From the NCBI GenBank assembly GCA_000165345.1, contig CM000433.1, forward strand, positions 1 to 64,000: a DNA stretch of 64,000 nt, in the 5' to 3' direction. Numbering within the stretch: position 1 is the stretch's first letter; each line of letters begins with the position of its first letter. The notes beneath the pieces were generated by a model that was given only the letters and a program-made list of their open reading frames with translations, did not search any database and was not told the DNA's origin. Below are positions 1-10,698 of the stretch, one piece after another. Both the position numbers and the translations under genes were made by a program.

Positions 1-3000
1 AATTAAGCCGTACTCCGCAATACTTTTGTTACAATCAAAATTCGCAATGAGTAGAACGTCTAACAACGATTTTGTTTACATGCTATTCTAACATAAATGA
101 GGTGTGGTTCGTTTGAAAAAAAAATACTTGATTCAAGCTACAATAAACTTAATTTTTGATATCGAATCTTTTGATTTTGCATTGAAATTTTAAATATATG
201 CTCAAAATCAATTTTTTTTATTCTACCAAAATGTGAACTAATGTAAACATAATGTAGGTATTATTGTAGATTATATTTAAATATAAGAGATCATTATAAA
301 TTATTTGAATTTTGATTCTCTTACTTCAATATACCAAGACTAGGATAAAACTGAAGAAAATATCAATTTTTTTGATTTAATTACATTTTTTCCCAGCATA
401 ATTTTGGGCCTAGAATACGCTTTATTTTCAATAAAAAGCTTTACCAAATTGTTTAATAAATTAAATTATCTTTATCATTACCATTATATTTATCTCGATG
501 CAGAATAAATAATCTAATTAATCATTATAGCTAGTTAATTATTACATATCTAAAGCAATTTATTGCATTCAAAAGATGAAATTACACTTTCATTAAAAAT
601 TAGTGAAAAAAATAATCCATACCGATATATTTTTATATTTATTAATACTCTATTCCAAATATTAAACTAGTGGTATTTTTATTGAAAAAAAATTTATTTT
701 TTTTTTCTAGCCATTGGACCTACAACTCTATAATTTAAAATTATATTTATCTAAAAAATGTTTGGTAAAAATTATTAAATAAAATCAAGCTAAAAAATAT
801 GGAAACCATCAGCTTTCATGCATAAAATTAATAATTAATAAAATTTTTGAAAATTCAATTTTAAAAATAATACTAATCATCTTGCTTTTAAATTGTGTAA
901 ACCAAAAATAAATAATAAAAAATGAGAGTTTAATTATAAAAGTAAATAAGGAATAATTTACGTTTTTAGTATTTACAGTTTTAATATAAAATATACCCAC
1001 ATTAAATAATTACGTGTTAACATTTTTTATAATTAAAAAAAAATTAACACCTAAATCTAAATAGTGTAAAATCTACTAAGATCATCTAGTAACATATCAA
1101 GTGATTAAATATGGTATATTTAGTCTTCAATATTCTGGAAAAACTTGATTTTGTTTCTTTTTTTTTTAATATCTTCAAATATTTGAGCAAATACTAATTG
1201 AATGGACTCAAACCTCGTGAAAAAGAAAAAATTAATCATGAAATTAAGTCAAAAAGAAAACTTACAAAAAAAAATTCCACCCTCGTACTTCCTTGGTGGA
1301 TATATTTTAAACACTGAATCTCCTCATTGATAATTTGTATAAGTTATTTTGTATGCCCTCAATCAAACATGAATCTATTCTCCATTAAAAATAAAATATT
1401 TTCAACAACTGAAAATATAATTTTTAACCATTCCTTTCAGACTATGTTCCCACTTGTGCTAGCTCAAATAATTAGAAACTTACCGAGTTTCAAATGGAGA
1501 ATAAACTCTAAAATTTGTTTTTACCTTCACTTTAATGCCTTGAAAATTAGTTAGGAGTGAACTGTAACAAAATATTGATTAATTCCCATTTTTAAATTGT
1601 ATTTTTGAAGAAAAAAATAATTAAACTAAAAAAAATCTAGATATTCATTAGTAAAATATTTTCAGGTTTATAATTTTTTAAGCAAACAGTAATATAGGGA
1701 GAAATAAAATAGCACAGATATCTAAAAATTAAATGTTAATGTTCGAATTTATTACTTTTTAACCAAAACTTACCCTAACTAAATTGTTACATTAAATTAA
1801 GTTCGAATGAGACAATTTTTTCCATTGAAGTTATCATTCGATCGTAGTTTACCACACTTTTTTATTGTTATAATTCGGGAAAATCTAAACAGAATTTATT
1901 TGTTTCTTACCTGAATTCTCGATACAAAATATTATCTATAAGTTGTTTTTGACCAAAGAAAAGTATTCACAATAAAATTTTGAAATTTCGGAAGTTTATT
2001 TTCTTGAAAAATGTACAAAAAAAATATATTTTTATTTTTTGATTCGTTTACATATTAACTTTTGCTTCAATTCGGTTTAAAGTTTTCAGGTTTAAATAAC
2101 CCAATATTATAGTGATAAGTGTTAAAAAATGATGCTTTATACACTGCAGGGCGTTTTTGACTTTAATTTAACTGTTAACAATTAAAATTAATTTATTTGA
2201 CAAATTAGTGAAACCTGAAGTCATTCAGCTTAAATAATTTTTATCTGTTTGTATTACTTACCTTAACAAATTTTATAGTTTTATTTCTTTGAAAACAAAA
2301 TTTGTGCATTTTTTATTTTTTGATTAAATGATTCAGTTGCCTAGAAGAAATTTGTTAATTTGTCCATTTTAGACAAAATTAGGAAAAAGCAAGTAAGAAT
2401 ATATTGAAAGGAATGTAGTAAGAATCGAAGGAAATGACTGGATGAATAAATTTCTGTAATCGAAGGGAAAAATCCTGAATTAACTTTTTGTTAATTTGAA
2501 ATCAATGAATTTCGTTTCAATATTCACCTACTATATATTGAGGTGAATTGGGAAGAAAGATTAGTTAAATATAAAGGGAAGTAAATTTCAATAAATGAGA
2601 AGTTTCATTTATAACCATTTTTCACTTCTCTAAAGAATATTAGTATTAATATTGATTGATAAAAAGAAAACTTTCGGAAATCCCTAAATAGAGGGAATAA
2701 AGAGGAGAGTTTTTTTAGATTCTAATTAATTTTCCTTTCTCAATACTAAATACTTTTAGATCATTAAGTATAATAAATCCCAATTTCTTTTTCATGAATT
2801 ATTAGAGCCTTATGTACAATTGAAATGATTGGCCAATTTTCTAATTTATTACTAATTGAATAATTAAGAAGTTTAATCAATTGAAATTTTTTTCGTTACT
2901 ATTAAAATGTTACGACATAATTTTTAGTGATGATAGTTGTGATAGTAGCAACAGTTAGTTGCATAAAGATAGTGTTATCATCAATAATAATAATAATAAT

Positions 3001-4443
3001 ATTAATATTATTATTACTATTGCCATTTATTATTAGCGGAATGTAAAGAATCCTAATTAGAATTTATTTCAAATATAAAGCGACAGCAAAAATAAGTAAA
3101 GGCATGCTACTTGTATTATAAGTAAAGCATTCACCAATATTCAAGTTAATTCTAATTTTGAAGATTCTTTCTGTAATAATTTTGTATTCAATCACTAAAC
3201 CAAAAAAAAAAAATTTACCAGTTTTCAAATTCATTGTTTGTATTTCTATACCATTAAGTTTTGCCAATAAAATTACCAGGAAAAGTTTTCTTATACGAAA
3301 AAAAATAGGTGGAAAATTGTGATATCTTAAAATTACAAGAAATTCCCCATTTACTTCAATAAAATTCCTATCAGCCAATAATGATTTTGATATATCTCAT
3401 CATAGCTTTAACGCCTAGTAGATTACATTAATTATTTCTATCCATACATGATTTTAAGTTTTACTAGATAAAAAAGCAATATTATAATATTCAGCTTACT
3501 TAACACTTATATCGATCATTGGACTTTTATGTTTGCAATTTAATGTGTTGTATAGCAATGAACTGATTGCTAAAAATTAGTTCATTTATTACGAATATTA
3601 TTTTATGCTCTCTTCCTCCTAAACTAACTTAAATAATCAGAGATTCTATTCATAACCATTTCATTTCAATTGTACTATTAATTTAGGCCAATATTCACGA
3701 TTCATATCAGTATTAAGATAAAGAAAGTGCCATTAATTAGAATCCCAACCAAGATAATATTTAGTTCCAATAAAATAAAGATAAATAATACATTTTCAAA
3801 TTTAATTATAGTGTCGCCAAATCAGATTACATTTTTACTTTTCTTCTTTAAAGCAGCAAATAAATAAATCCAAATAATAATTATGAGAATCAGAAAAAAG
3901 TATTCTGAGGCTAAAACATATTCTAAAATGTATTCTAAGTGTGTTATATAATTTTCAAATTTAAAGACTTTGTCTCTAAGTCTAACTAAAAAGTTAGAGT
4001 TTATTACTCAATTACGAGATTGCGCAATATTCGTGATTTTTCTTAAATAATTATAAAGGGGAGAATTTTGCAAAATAAGAATTAAATGATCACTCGATTC
4101 ATATTTTCTTCCAACCTGTAAAATTTAACAATTATTTGCCAATTTTGATATTTATTTTTTGTTGCTAATTGTCCAACTATGATAAATCTAAGAATTAAAT
4201 ATTTCAATAATCAAAAATCCATAGAATACTCAAGACATACTAATCTACCATAAATAATACACTAATCTTAGATAAAATATTCTTGGCTAAATCTCCAACG
4301 GAATATTTACCTGTAATGGTAATATCTAACAAGTCGTAGAAAATCTTGCTTCAGATGCCACTAGATGAGTATTACTACATAGTGCAAATTTGACAAATCT
4401 CGACTAGTCAAATTCACAGTAATTCAAAATTTGATTTTATAAA

Positions 4444-6174
4444 TTATTGGCTTTCATTTTTTTTGAATTGCAAGTAAAGATATGTTTCGCATTCGTAAGC
4501 TTTGTTAGCAGTATTAACGAGATCCTTGCCATATGAGTGCTTTCTGAAAAGATGAATTCTTTCACAAAGTGATGAGGTAAAACATTCCAAGCATGAAACA
4601 TCTCCATTAGAGCAGAGATCTTTACAGGTAGAGACTCTATCGGAACAACTTTGGAGATACGAGTTTTCTGTAAATCTCATCATAATATTGAATATCATTT
4701 TCTCCATTAAATTGACTAGATCATCAGTAGTACATTCTCTAGGATTGGGGAGGTAATTACTAGTAGGAGCGCATACAATTTGTTTTGGAATATAATCTCT
4801 CTTCTGGCAAACCAACATCGCGGCGCTCAAGTCTGAAATGTATCCCAATCTGGTACTAATGACTTCTTGGTGCGAGGCTAAAGCATCCTTAAGTTGTAGG
4901 ATTTCTTCTGTTTCAGGTTGATTGGTCTCACTTTCTTTATTTATTAACTTTGTGAGAAGCAATGACTTTGCGTATAAGGCATCATTTTTACCTTGCAAAT
5001 TGACTAATAAAGAACCAGCCCCTCTGACTAATTCTTTGGAGCACTTTCTATCAACATCAAGCCCATTAACTACTGAAACAACTTCATTCTTATATTGCTC
5101 GTCCAATTTAATAGTTCTATCCAACTCTAAAAGGAGCTCCTTTGTATCTCTAGTAACTCTGACATTGTAAACTGCCAATTCAGAAGACAACTTTGAAATT
5201 TGCTCCATTTCACTAGCAATCAAAGAATCCAAATTATCATCAAGACCTATAACTGAAGAAGAGTAACCATGAGTAAAACTATCTGGATGGCTGAATCTCA
5301 TTTGTGATGCCTTAGTTAAGACATCTAATTGCATTGTGGCCAAGTGAGTCCCTGCTTTAGGCTTGCAAGTGTCATCTACCAGAGCTGATTCCTCTAAGGG
5401 TGACTTCTCAGCAAAAGTACCATATCCCTTCTTTGCTTTACCTAATTTCTTTTCCTCAGCCTGTTTCAACTTCCTCAATTTCTTTTCTTCCTCCTTTTGC
5501 TGTTTTTCTCTCAACTTCTCCTCCTTTTCCCTCTGTTTTCTTGCTTCCTTTTCAGCCTTAGTTTCCTTTTGTTTCTTTTCCTTCTTTGGTTTTTTCTCTT
5601 TCTTAGCCTTTTTATCCTCTACAACAACAGTTCCTTGCTCAGCAACAGCAACTTCTTGCTCAGCAGCAGCAACTTCTTCCTCATCAGTAGCACCCTCCTG
5701 AGTCTTCACCTTCTTCTCTTTCTTGGCCTTTTTCTCTTTCTTGGCCTTTTTCTCTTTCTTGGCTTTCTTATCTTTGTCCTTCTTGCCCTCGGCCTCCTCT
5801 ACAGGTCCTTCCTGAGCTCCTTCCTGAGCTCCTTCCTGAGCTCCTTCCTGAGCTCCTTCCTGAGCTCCTTCCTTAACTCCCTCCTGAGCTCCTTCCTCCC
5901 CGGCCTTTGATTCCTTCACCTTTTTACCCTTCTTGGCTTTCTTCTCCTTCTTCTCCTTCTTTTGTTTCTTTTGTTTCTTATTCTTCTTGCCCTTCTCAGC
6001 TTTCTTATCTGGCTCACCTGAATCTACTGTTGAATCACTAGTAGATGAAACATGTGGCTCAATAGAAGGGTCAACAGAAGTTTGCAGTAAGGAAAAATGT
6101 TGAGTTGTTGAATGATAATTAGATACTTGAAGTATCACAAATACAAATGCTAAGATTGAAAAAAAGAGTTTCAT
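4444..6174 (-). CDS. Secreted Lys/Glu-rich low-complexity protein (576 aa). It has an N-terminal signal peptide, KKAKKEKK and EGAQ micro-repeats, and a C-terminal Cys-rich globular region.
   Basis: Full-length ORF starting MKLFFSILAFVFVILQVSN (hydrophobic signal-like N-terminus). It has a long charged repeat core and a C-terminal ~150 aa with about 12 Cys. No recognisable conserved family. Confidence 0.55.
   Translation of the reverse strand: MKLFFSILAFVFVILQVSNYHSTTQHFSLLQTSVDPSIEPHVSSTSDSTVDSGEPDKKAEKGKKNKKQKKQKKEKKEKKAKKGKKVKESKAGEEGAQEGVKEGAQEGAQEGAQEGAQEGAQEGPVEEAEGKKDKDKKAKKEKKAKKEKKAKKEKKVKTQEGATDEEEVAAAEQEVAVAEQGTVVVEDKKAKKEKKPKKEKKQKETKAEKEARKQREKEEKLREKQQKEEEKKLRKLKQAEEKKLGKAKKGYGTFAEKSPLEESALVDDTCKPKAGTHLATMQLDVLTKASQMRFSHPDSFTHGYSSSVIGLDDNLDSLIASEMEQISKLSSELAVYNVRVTRDTKELLLELDRTIKLDEQYKNEVVSVVNGLDVDRKCSKELVRGAGSLLVNLQGKNDALYAKSLLLTKLINKESETNQPETEEILQLKDALASHQEVISTRLGYISDLSAAMLVCQKRDYIPKQIVCAPTSNYLPNPRECTTDDLVNLMEKMIFNIMMRFTENSYLQSCSDRVSTCKDLCSNGDVSCLECFTSSLCERIHLFRKHSYGKDLVNTANKAYECETYLYLQFKKNESQ
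5716..5890 (-). repeat. Intragenic short tandem repeats: an 18-nt unit (KKAKKE) x3-4 and a 12-nt unit (tccttcctgagc = EGAQ) x~7.
   Basis: Directly visible: ttggcctttttctctttc repeated at 5716-5770, and tccttcctgagc repeated at 5806-5890. Confidence 0.85.
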
Positions 6175-6770
6175 TCTTGTATTGACTTAGCAAGATAAAA
6201 TAAAAAAAGTGGTGAGAAAAAATATAAAAAATAAAGTAAAAATGACGAATTATGTAGATACTATGTTAGTCAGTATCTAAGTATTTAAATATTTAAGTTA
6301 TTAAGATTACTCTCCACATAAATTCAAATAAAATATATTCGAGGCTAGACATAAACGGTACTGGTAGTACCGCTACATAATTTTACTTAATGTAGATGCT
6401 AGCCCGCGATAAAGTTTGATTCTATTTTTGGTAATTTACACAGAATTTGGTTTATAGTAAGTCTATTTGGTACATTTCTCTAAAAGAAAATTATAACTTT
6501 GCGCGAATTGATCTTACCACGGTATTCTTTAAAACAAGAAAAAAATTTAAATTTACAACTTAAATTAATGCTTTGATGCTTTCCTCATCTAGTATTAAAT
6601 TAACTGAAGCATTGATTTATTTTCAGTTCTAAACTTTAATAACACGTGAATATCAGATCTACCTTATTCAACTAAGAAAATTTATTAATTTACGAATTTA
6701 TTTGTATTAAAACATTAAAATCTTTTTCTTCATTTTTCTTTATTCTTTAATTATTAGTTAATCATTAGAT

Positions 6771-9071
6771 TTACAACCTTGTTATTTCATCCTTTTCATT
6801 TTCTCCATCTTCATTTCCGTCCCCGTCTTCATCTTCATCTTCTCCAGGTTCTTTTTCTACTTGAGCCACTGTTGTGCCACTGCTGGTTGCACTGCTACTA
6901 GTTGCACTACTGCTGATTGCACTGCTACTGGTTGCACTACTGCTGGTTGCACCACTAGTAGTACCAACAGAAAGTAATCCAGAATTCTTCATTTCATCAA
7001 TCTTAGCTCTTAGTTCTGCCTGAGAAACAAACCCTAATTCATTACATCTCTGAATTTGTTCAGATAAACCTTCCCTTTTCATAATTAGAGCCCTTATTTC
7101 TGGAATATTGCTACACCTTTTCATTCTACAGCCATCAAGTCTGCAATTCTCACAGCCATTATGTTGGCTTGACTTATTATCAATTTCAATATTACAATTC
7201 CTGAGTTCTTGGTTCAATAAAATAATCATAAGGTATGTACAAATACCACCTTCGAAGAGCATAATAGCTAGTCTTTTTTCCTCATCAGTAGATTCAGGTG
7301 GTGGTATTGATGGAATTTTATATTCACTTCCTGAAATACCATACTTTTCTTTTCTTTTCTTATGCTTTTTGAATGCTTCACTCAGTTGAGTATGGTCTTT
7401 TTCATATTTAATCTTTTGTTGGCTTGATGCCTTCAGCTTAACACCACTCAAAATTGCATTTTTAATATCATCAGGTAACTTTTGATATGTTTTAGTTTTT
7501 TCAGCAACATCAGCTTTAAAATGAGAGTGACCCATAATAGAATGAGCCAGGAAACGTGAAAGAATCGAATTAATTTTTTCTTCCAAAATCCTTCCTACTT
7601 CTGATTCAGTTGGGGCATCCATAATATTATATGTTTCTTTGCTTGTGAGAGCCAAAAAACTTTCGCAAGAAAGAATTTTACTAAAGATTCTTCGAGCTTC
7701 TTTAATTAATTGATTTCGTTCTAAGATGAGTGTACTTTGTAAATTCTGAGCAGCAAGGCAACTACTGCATGAGGATAGATCTTCAAGTCCTGGGCATTGT
7801 GAACAGTAAGCCATTGATGTACAACTCAAGCATTCCTGTCTAGTACAACTATTACAAATATTTTTTTGCTTAACAACATTGTTAATAATGGAAACTTTTA
7901 GAGCTATTTGATATACTTTGGCTTCAAGTTTACCCTTGAGTATTTGGTATTGCTCCTTTGTACATTTATATGGTATATGACTCTTGTATAATATAAAGGC
8001 AGAAAGATTTTCCATTTGGAGAGAATTTTTGACTAGGCAATTTTTAATTATTTTTTCCAAGATACTAAACATATCATCTATAGTATTTGAAATAGTTTTA
8101 CATTTTTCTTTTCTTCCAAAAGCTTCTTTACATGTCTTACAGCTCTTTGAGCTAATTATTCTGCACCTATTTCTGCAAAACCCTGTTTCATTTGTAATTT
8201 TAATCGATGCCATTTGACAGAAACTTTTCGCCATATAAATTTGATTTGAAAGAATGAAAACAGATTCAAGTAAAGTTTCTTTACATTTAGAATCTTTCAT
8301 TTGCCTATTATGTTCTTTTTTAATAGTCCTATAGACCTCTTTGTTATTTTGTAATATTTCTTTTGCTTTATTTATTTGAGAATCACTAGAAACAACCTGT
8401 GACTCCAGATATAATTGCATAATACCAAGATCAAATGGCAAATTGTCACTTTCAGAGATTTTCTCTAAATTTGGATTTGGAGGTTTTTGAACAGCTTCTT
8501 CTTCTTCATCATCCTCGTCATCAGTATCATCTTCTTTTTTAAGACCTGCAGAAGAGCTATGCTTTTTATTTCTCAATTCTTCCTCTGAGCTAGCAATATT
8601 TTCCTGAGTTTTTCCGTGTTTTCCACCTTTATTTTTTCTTTTAAACATACCAAATAATTGACTTTTAAGTCCTTTTTTAGCACCTATGCTTGAGATTTCC
8701 GGAGAAGATTTACTTTTAAAAAGATTTCCTGAAAAACCAAATAATTTCTTCTTTTTATGTTTAGGTTTAAACTCAACTGATAATACAGAAGAAGAATCTG
8801 TTTGGTCTGAGGAATCTGATATTGATAAAGAGTCTTTACTGTCACTTCCTAATGAAACAGTATCATATGAGCTGAGTGAACCTGAATCCGAACTATCGTA
8901 ATTTGCAGTTGCTTTTAATAGAGAGACTAGGGTGATACTTTGAAAGTTCTTCGATAAGGATAATTTGGAAGATAATAATTTTTCATCTATATTTTCACAT
9001 AGTATTGTAAAAAAAATAACAACAAGATATAACCATAAATTGTGACCAATCATCTTGAATATGAAATTCAA
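6771..9071 (-). CDS. Secreted Ser-rich / Cys-rich protein (766 aa). It has a signal peptide, a central module with CxxC-K motifs, and an (ATSSS)n mucin-like tract plus acidic tail near the C-terminus.
   Basis: ORF starts MNFIFKMIGHNLWLYLVVIFFTILC (signal-like). Its Cys pattern includes CKTCKE and CNSCTRQECLSCTSMAYCSQCPG. The C-terminal SSSATSSSAISSSATSSSATSSG is encoded by a 15-nt repeat at about 6876-6960. Confidence 0.55.
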   Translation of the reverse strand: MNFIFKMIGHNLWLYLVVIFFTILCENIDEKLLSSKLSLSKNFQSITLVSLLKATANYDSSDSGSLSSYDTVSLGSDSKDSLSISDSSDQTDSSSVLSVEFKPKHKKKKLFGFSGNLFKSKSSPEISSIGAKKGLKSQLFGMFKRKNKGGKHGKTQENIASSEEELRNKKHSSSAGLKKEDDTDDEDDEEEEAVQKPPNPNLEKISESDNLPFDLGIMQLYLESQVVSSDSQINKAKEILQNNKEVYRTIKKEHNRQMKDSKCKETLLESVFILSNQIYMAKSFCQMASIKITNETGFCRNRCRIISSKSCKTCKEAFGRKEKCKTISNTIDDMFSILEKIIKNCLVKNSLQMENLSAFILYKSHIPYKCTKEQYQILKGKLEAKVYQIALKVSIINNVVKQKNICNSCTRQECLSCTSMAYCSQCPGLEDLSSCSSCLAAQNLQSTLILERNQLIKEARRIFSKILSCESFLALTSKETYNIMDAPTESEVGRILEEKINSILSRFLAHSIMGHSHFKADVAEKTKTYQKLPDDIKNAILSGVKLKASSQQKIKYEKDHTQLSEAFKKHKKRKEKYGISGSEYKIPSIPPPESTDEEKRLAIMLFEGGICTYLMIILLNQELRNCNIEIDNKSSQHNGCENCRLDGCRMKRCSNIPEIRALIMKREGLSEQIQRCNELGFVSQAELRAKIDEMKNSGLLSVGTTSGATSSSATSSSAISSSATSSSATSSGTTVAQVEKEPGEDEDEDGDGNEDGENEKDEITRL

Positions 9072-9253
9072 GTTTATTGCACTTTTATTCCCCTTTATTT
9101 ATTAGTAACTTTTTTTTCAGATTTAATTATTTCTATATTAAAATAATTATAAGGTGTAGAAACGGAAACTCTACACCTTACATCATTTAATAATTGTGCT
9201 ACCAGGAAAGATTCATGTGTTTCTAATTTTACACACATTACAAGTAACCTATA

Positions 9254-9296
<43 letters not shown>

Positions 9297-10173
9297 CAAG
9301 GAAAAAGAAATGAAAAAGTTAAAAAGCTGAATAGAGGTTAAGTTTATGTTGTAATAACAATATTGCGAGTTTGTTCCTTTCTTAATTCAAATTATCATTT
9401 TAAATCAGATTTAATTTTCACACAATGTGGCGCGCATCAAATTACAAAAAATAGTTCGGGCGCAGTGGCTGAAATTGACTTGAAAGTGCATTTTAAAAAA
9501 ATATTAACAAATAATTTCAATTCGGCACAGCTCTTTAGAGTGGAAGCTTTTAATAGAGCTTATATTTGTTAATACTTTGACTTTTTAATTATATCAGCAG
9601 AAATCATACATTATTTGATCTTCGGGACAATTCATTTAATCAGTCCACAATATTATTATTATTAACCATCTTTCACTAGGTAAAAAAAAATAATGCACTA
9701 GAAGTAAACATGATAAAACTAATATTTTAATCCTAAAAAAAATTAAATTTGAAACCATTAAATAAAGGTAGGGATTGAATTAGTCAAAACTCTTAAGCTT
9801 GCTGGAGATAATATTAACAAAGTAAATTAACAAACATAACTAAATTCAGAGAATTAATATGAAAACATTGAAGAAAAGGTAATAATATCACAGGCTATTG
9901 TCTTTTTCTTATTTAATCATCAAGTTGTCGAATAGCTTTAATGCTTAATATTAAATCGGTATATGTTTCTTGGATTAAAGTATCACAATTTTAGAATATC
10001 TGATTTTTCTTTATTTTTAATATTTTCACCCTATTAAACTCGGAATAAACATAATAATTTAGCGGAATGAGCAGATTTGACCCAAAAGATCAAATTTTTC
10101 TAAATCAATAGCGACTTTCGGGATACTTTTTTAAGTATATTGCAAGTTAACAGATTTTATTATTATAGACGGG

Positions 10174-10698
10174 TTAAATTAATCGGTCATCTGAGGAGCT
10201 TAGAATTGGAGTAAATTGTAGGCCATTACTGCCGTTTGGGTCATTGCCCTCGGTGTTTGAGTTAGTTCCAAATCTCCTATTTTCTGGTGAATTTGTTCTA
10301 CTCAATCTTCTTTCATTTGCAGTATATTTCAAAAGACTGGTCTTGCGTCTCTTAGATTTGGAAACATTTTGTTTTCTTCTCGAGACAGAAGTTCTAGCTC
10401 TTAGCTTGCCTAGATTACTTGTTTGACTATTTATTGAATCATTTGAACTATTCACTTTTGAATTCAATGATGTTCGTTGTGCGCCAAGTTGAAATTTGCT
10501 TTCAAATCTCGATTTGACTTTCTCTCCTTCAGTAGTGTGTACCATATCAGTGGTAGGAGATTTTGGAGGGCTAGGCATTCCTTTATTCTTTTTTGAACTT
10601 GATGTAGAATTTTTATTGCTTCTATTTTTCCTCCTTTTAGAGCTTCCTTTCCGGTGAGTTTTAGATTTTAAATTAGAAATACGACTAGTTATTTTTTT
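10174..10698 (-). CDS. Possible frameshifted C-terminal continuation of the 10685-16339 gene (Ser/Lys/Arg-rich, 134+ aa). Alternatively a non-coding ORF.
   Basis: The reading frame is open from 10698 down to 10174. It is offset by one base from the upstream giant ORF. The two frames overlap exactly at an A9 homopolymer (plus-strand T9 at 10692-10700). The composition (SKSKRRKTSLLKY..ANERRLSRTNSPENRRFG) resembles the KSKRKPLT..LLKKH..NRNL repeat units of the giant protein. Confidence 0.3.
   Translation of the reverse strand, partial: KKITSRISNLKSKTHRKGSSKRRKNRSNKNSTSSSKKNKGMPSPPKSPTTDMVHTTEGEKVKSRFESKFQLGAQRTSLNSKVNSSNDSINSQTSNLGKLRARTSVSRRKQNVSKSKRRKTSLLKYTANERRLSRTNSPENRRFGTNSNTEGNDPNGSNGLQFTPILSSSDDRLI

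Noticed and set aside
3064-3378. 104-aa minus-strand ORF in the gene-free left edge.
   Set aside because: It is AT-rich, low-complexity and Phe/Ile/Lys-biased, as expected from random AT-rich DNA. It has no motif and no promoter-like GC island.
5363-5910. Plus-strand ORFs of 112 and 137 aa (poly-Leu/Phe/Ser) overlapping the 4444-6174 gene.
   Set aside because: They are antisense read-through of the Lys/Glu repeat (AAG/GAA antisense = CTT/TTC). Pure low complexity is a shadow-ORF artefact.
9363-9572. 69-aa plus-strand ORF in the spacer between the secreted genes.
   Set aside because: It overlaps the GC island that I interpret as a promoter element for the 6771-9071 gene. It is short with no features.
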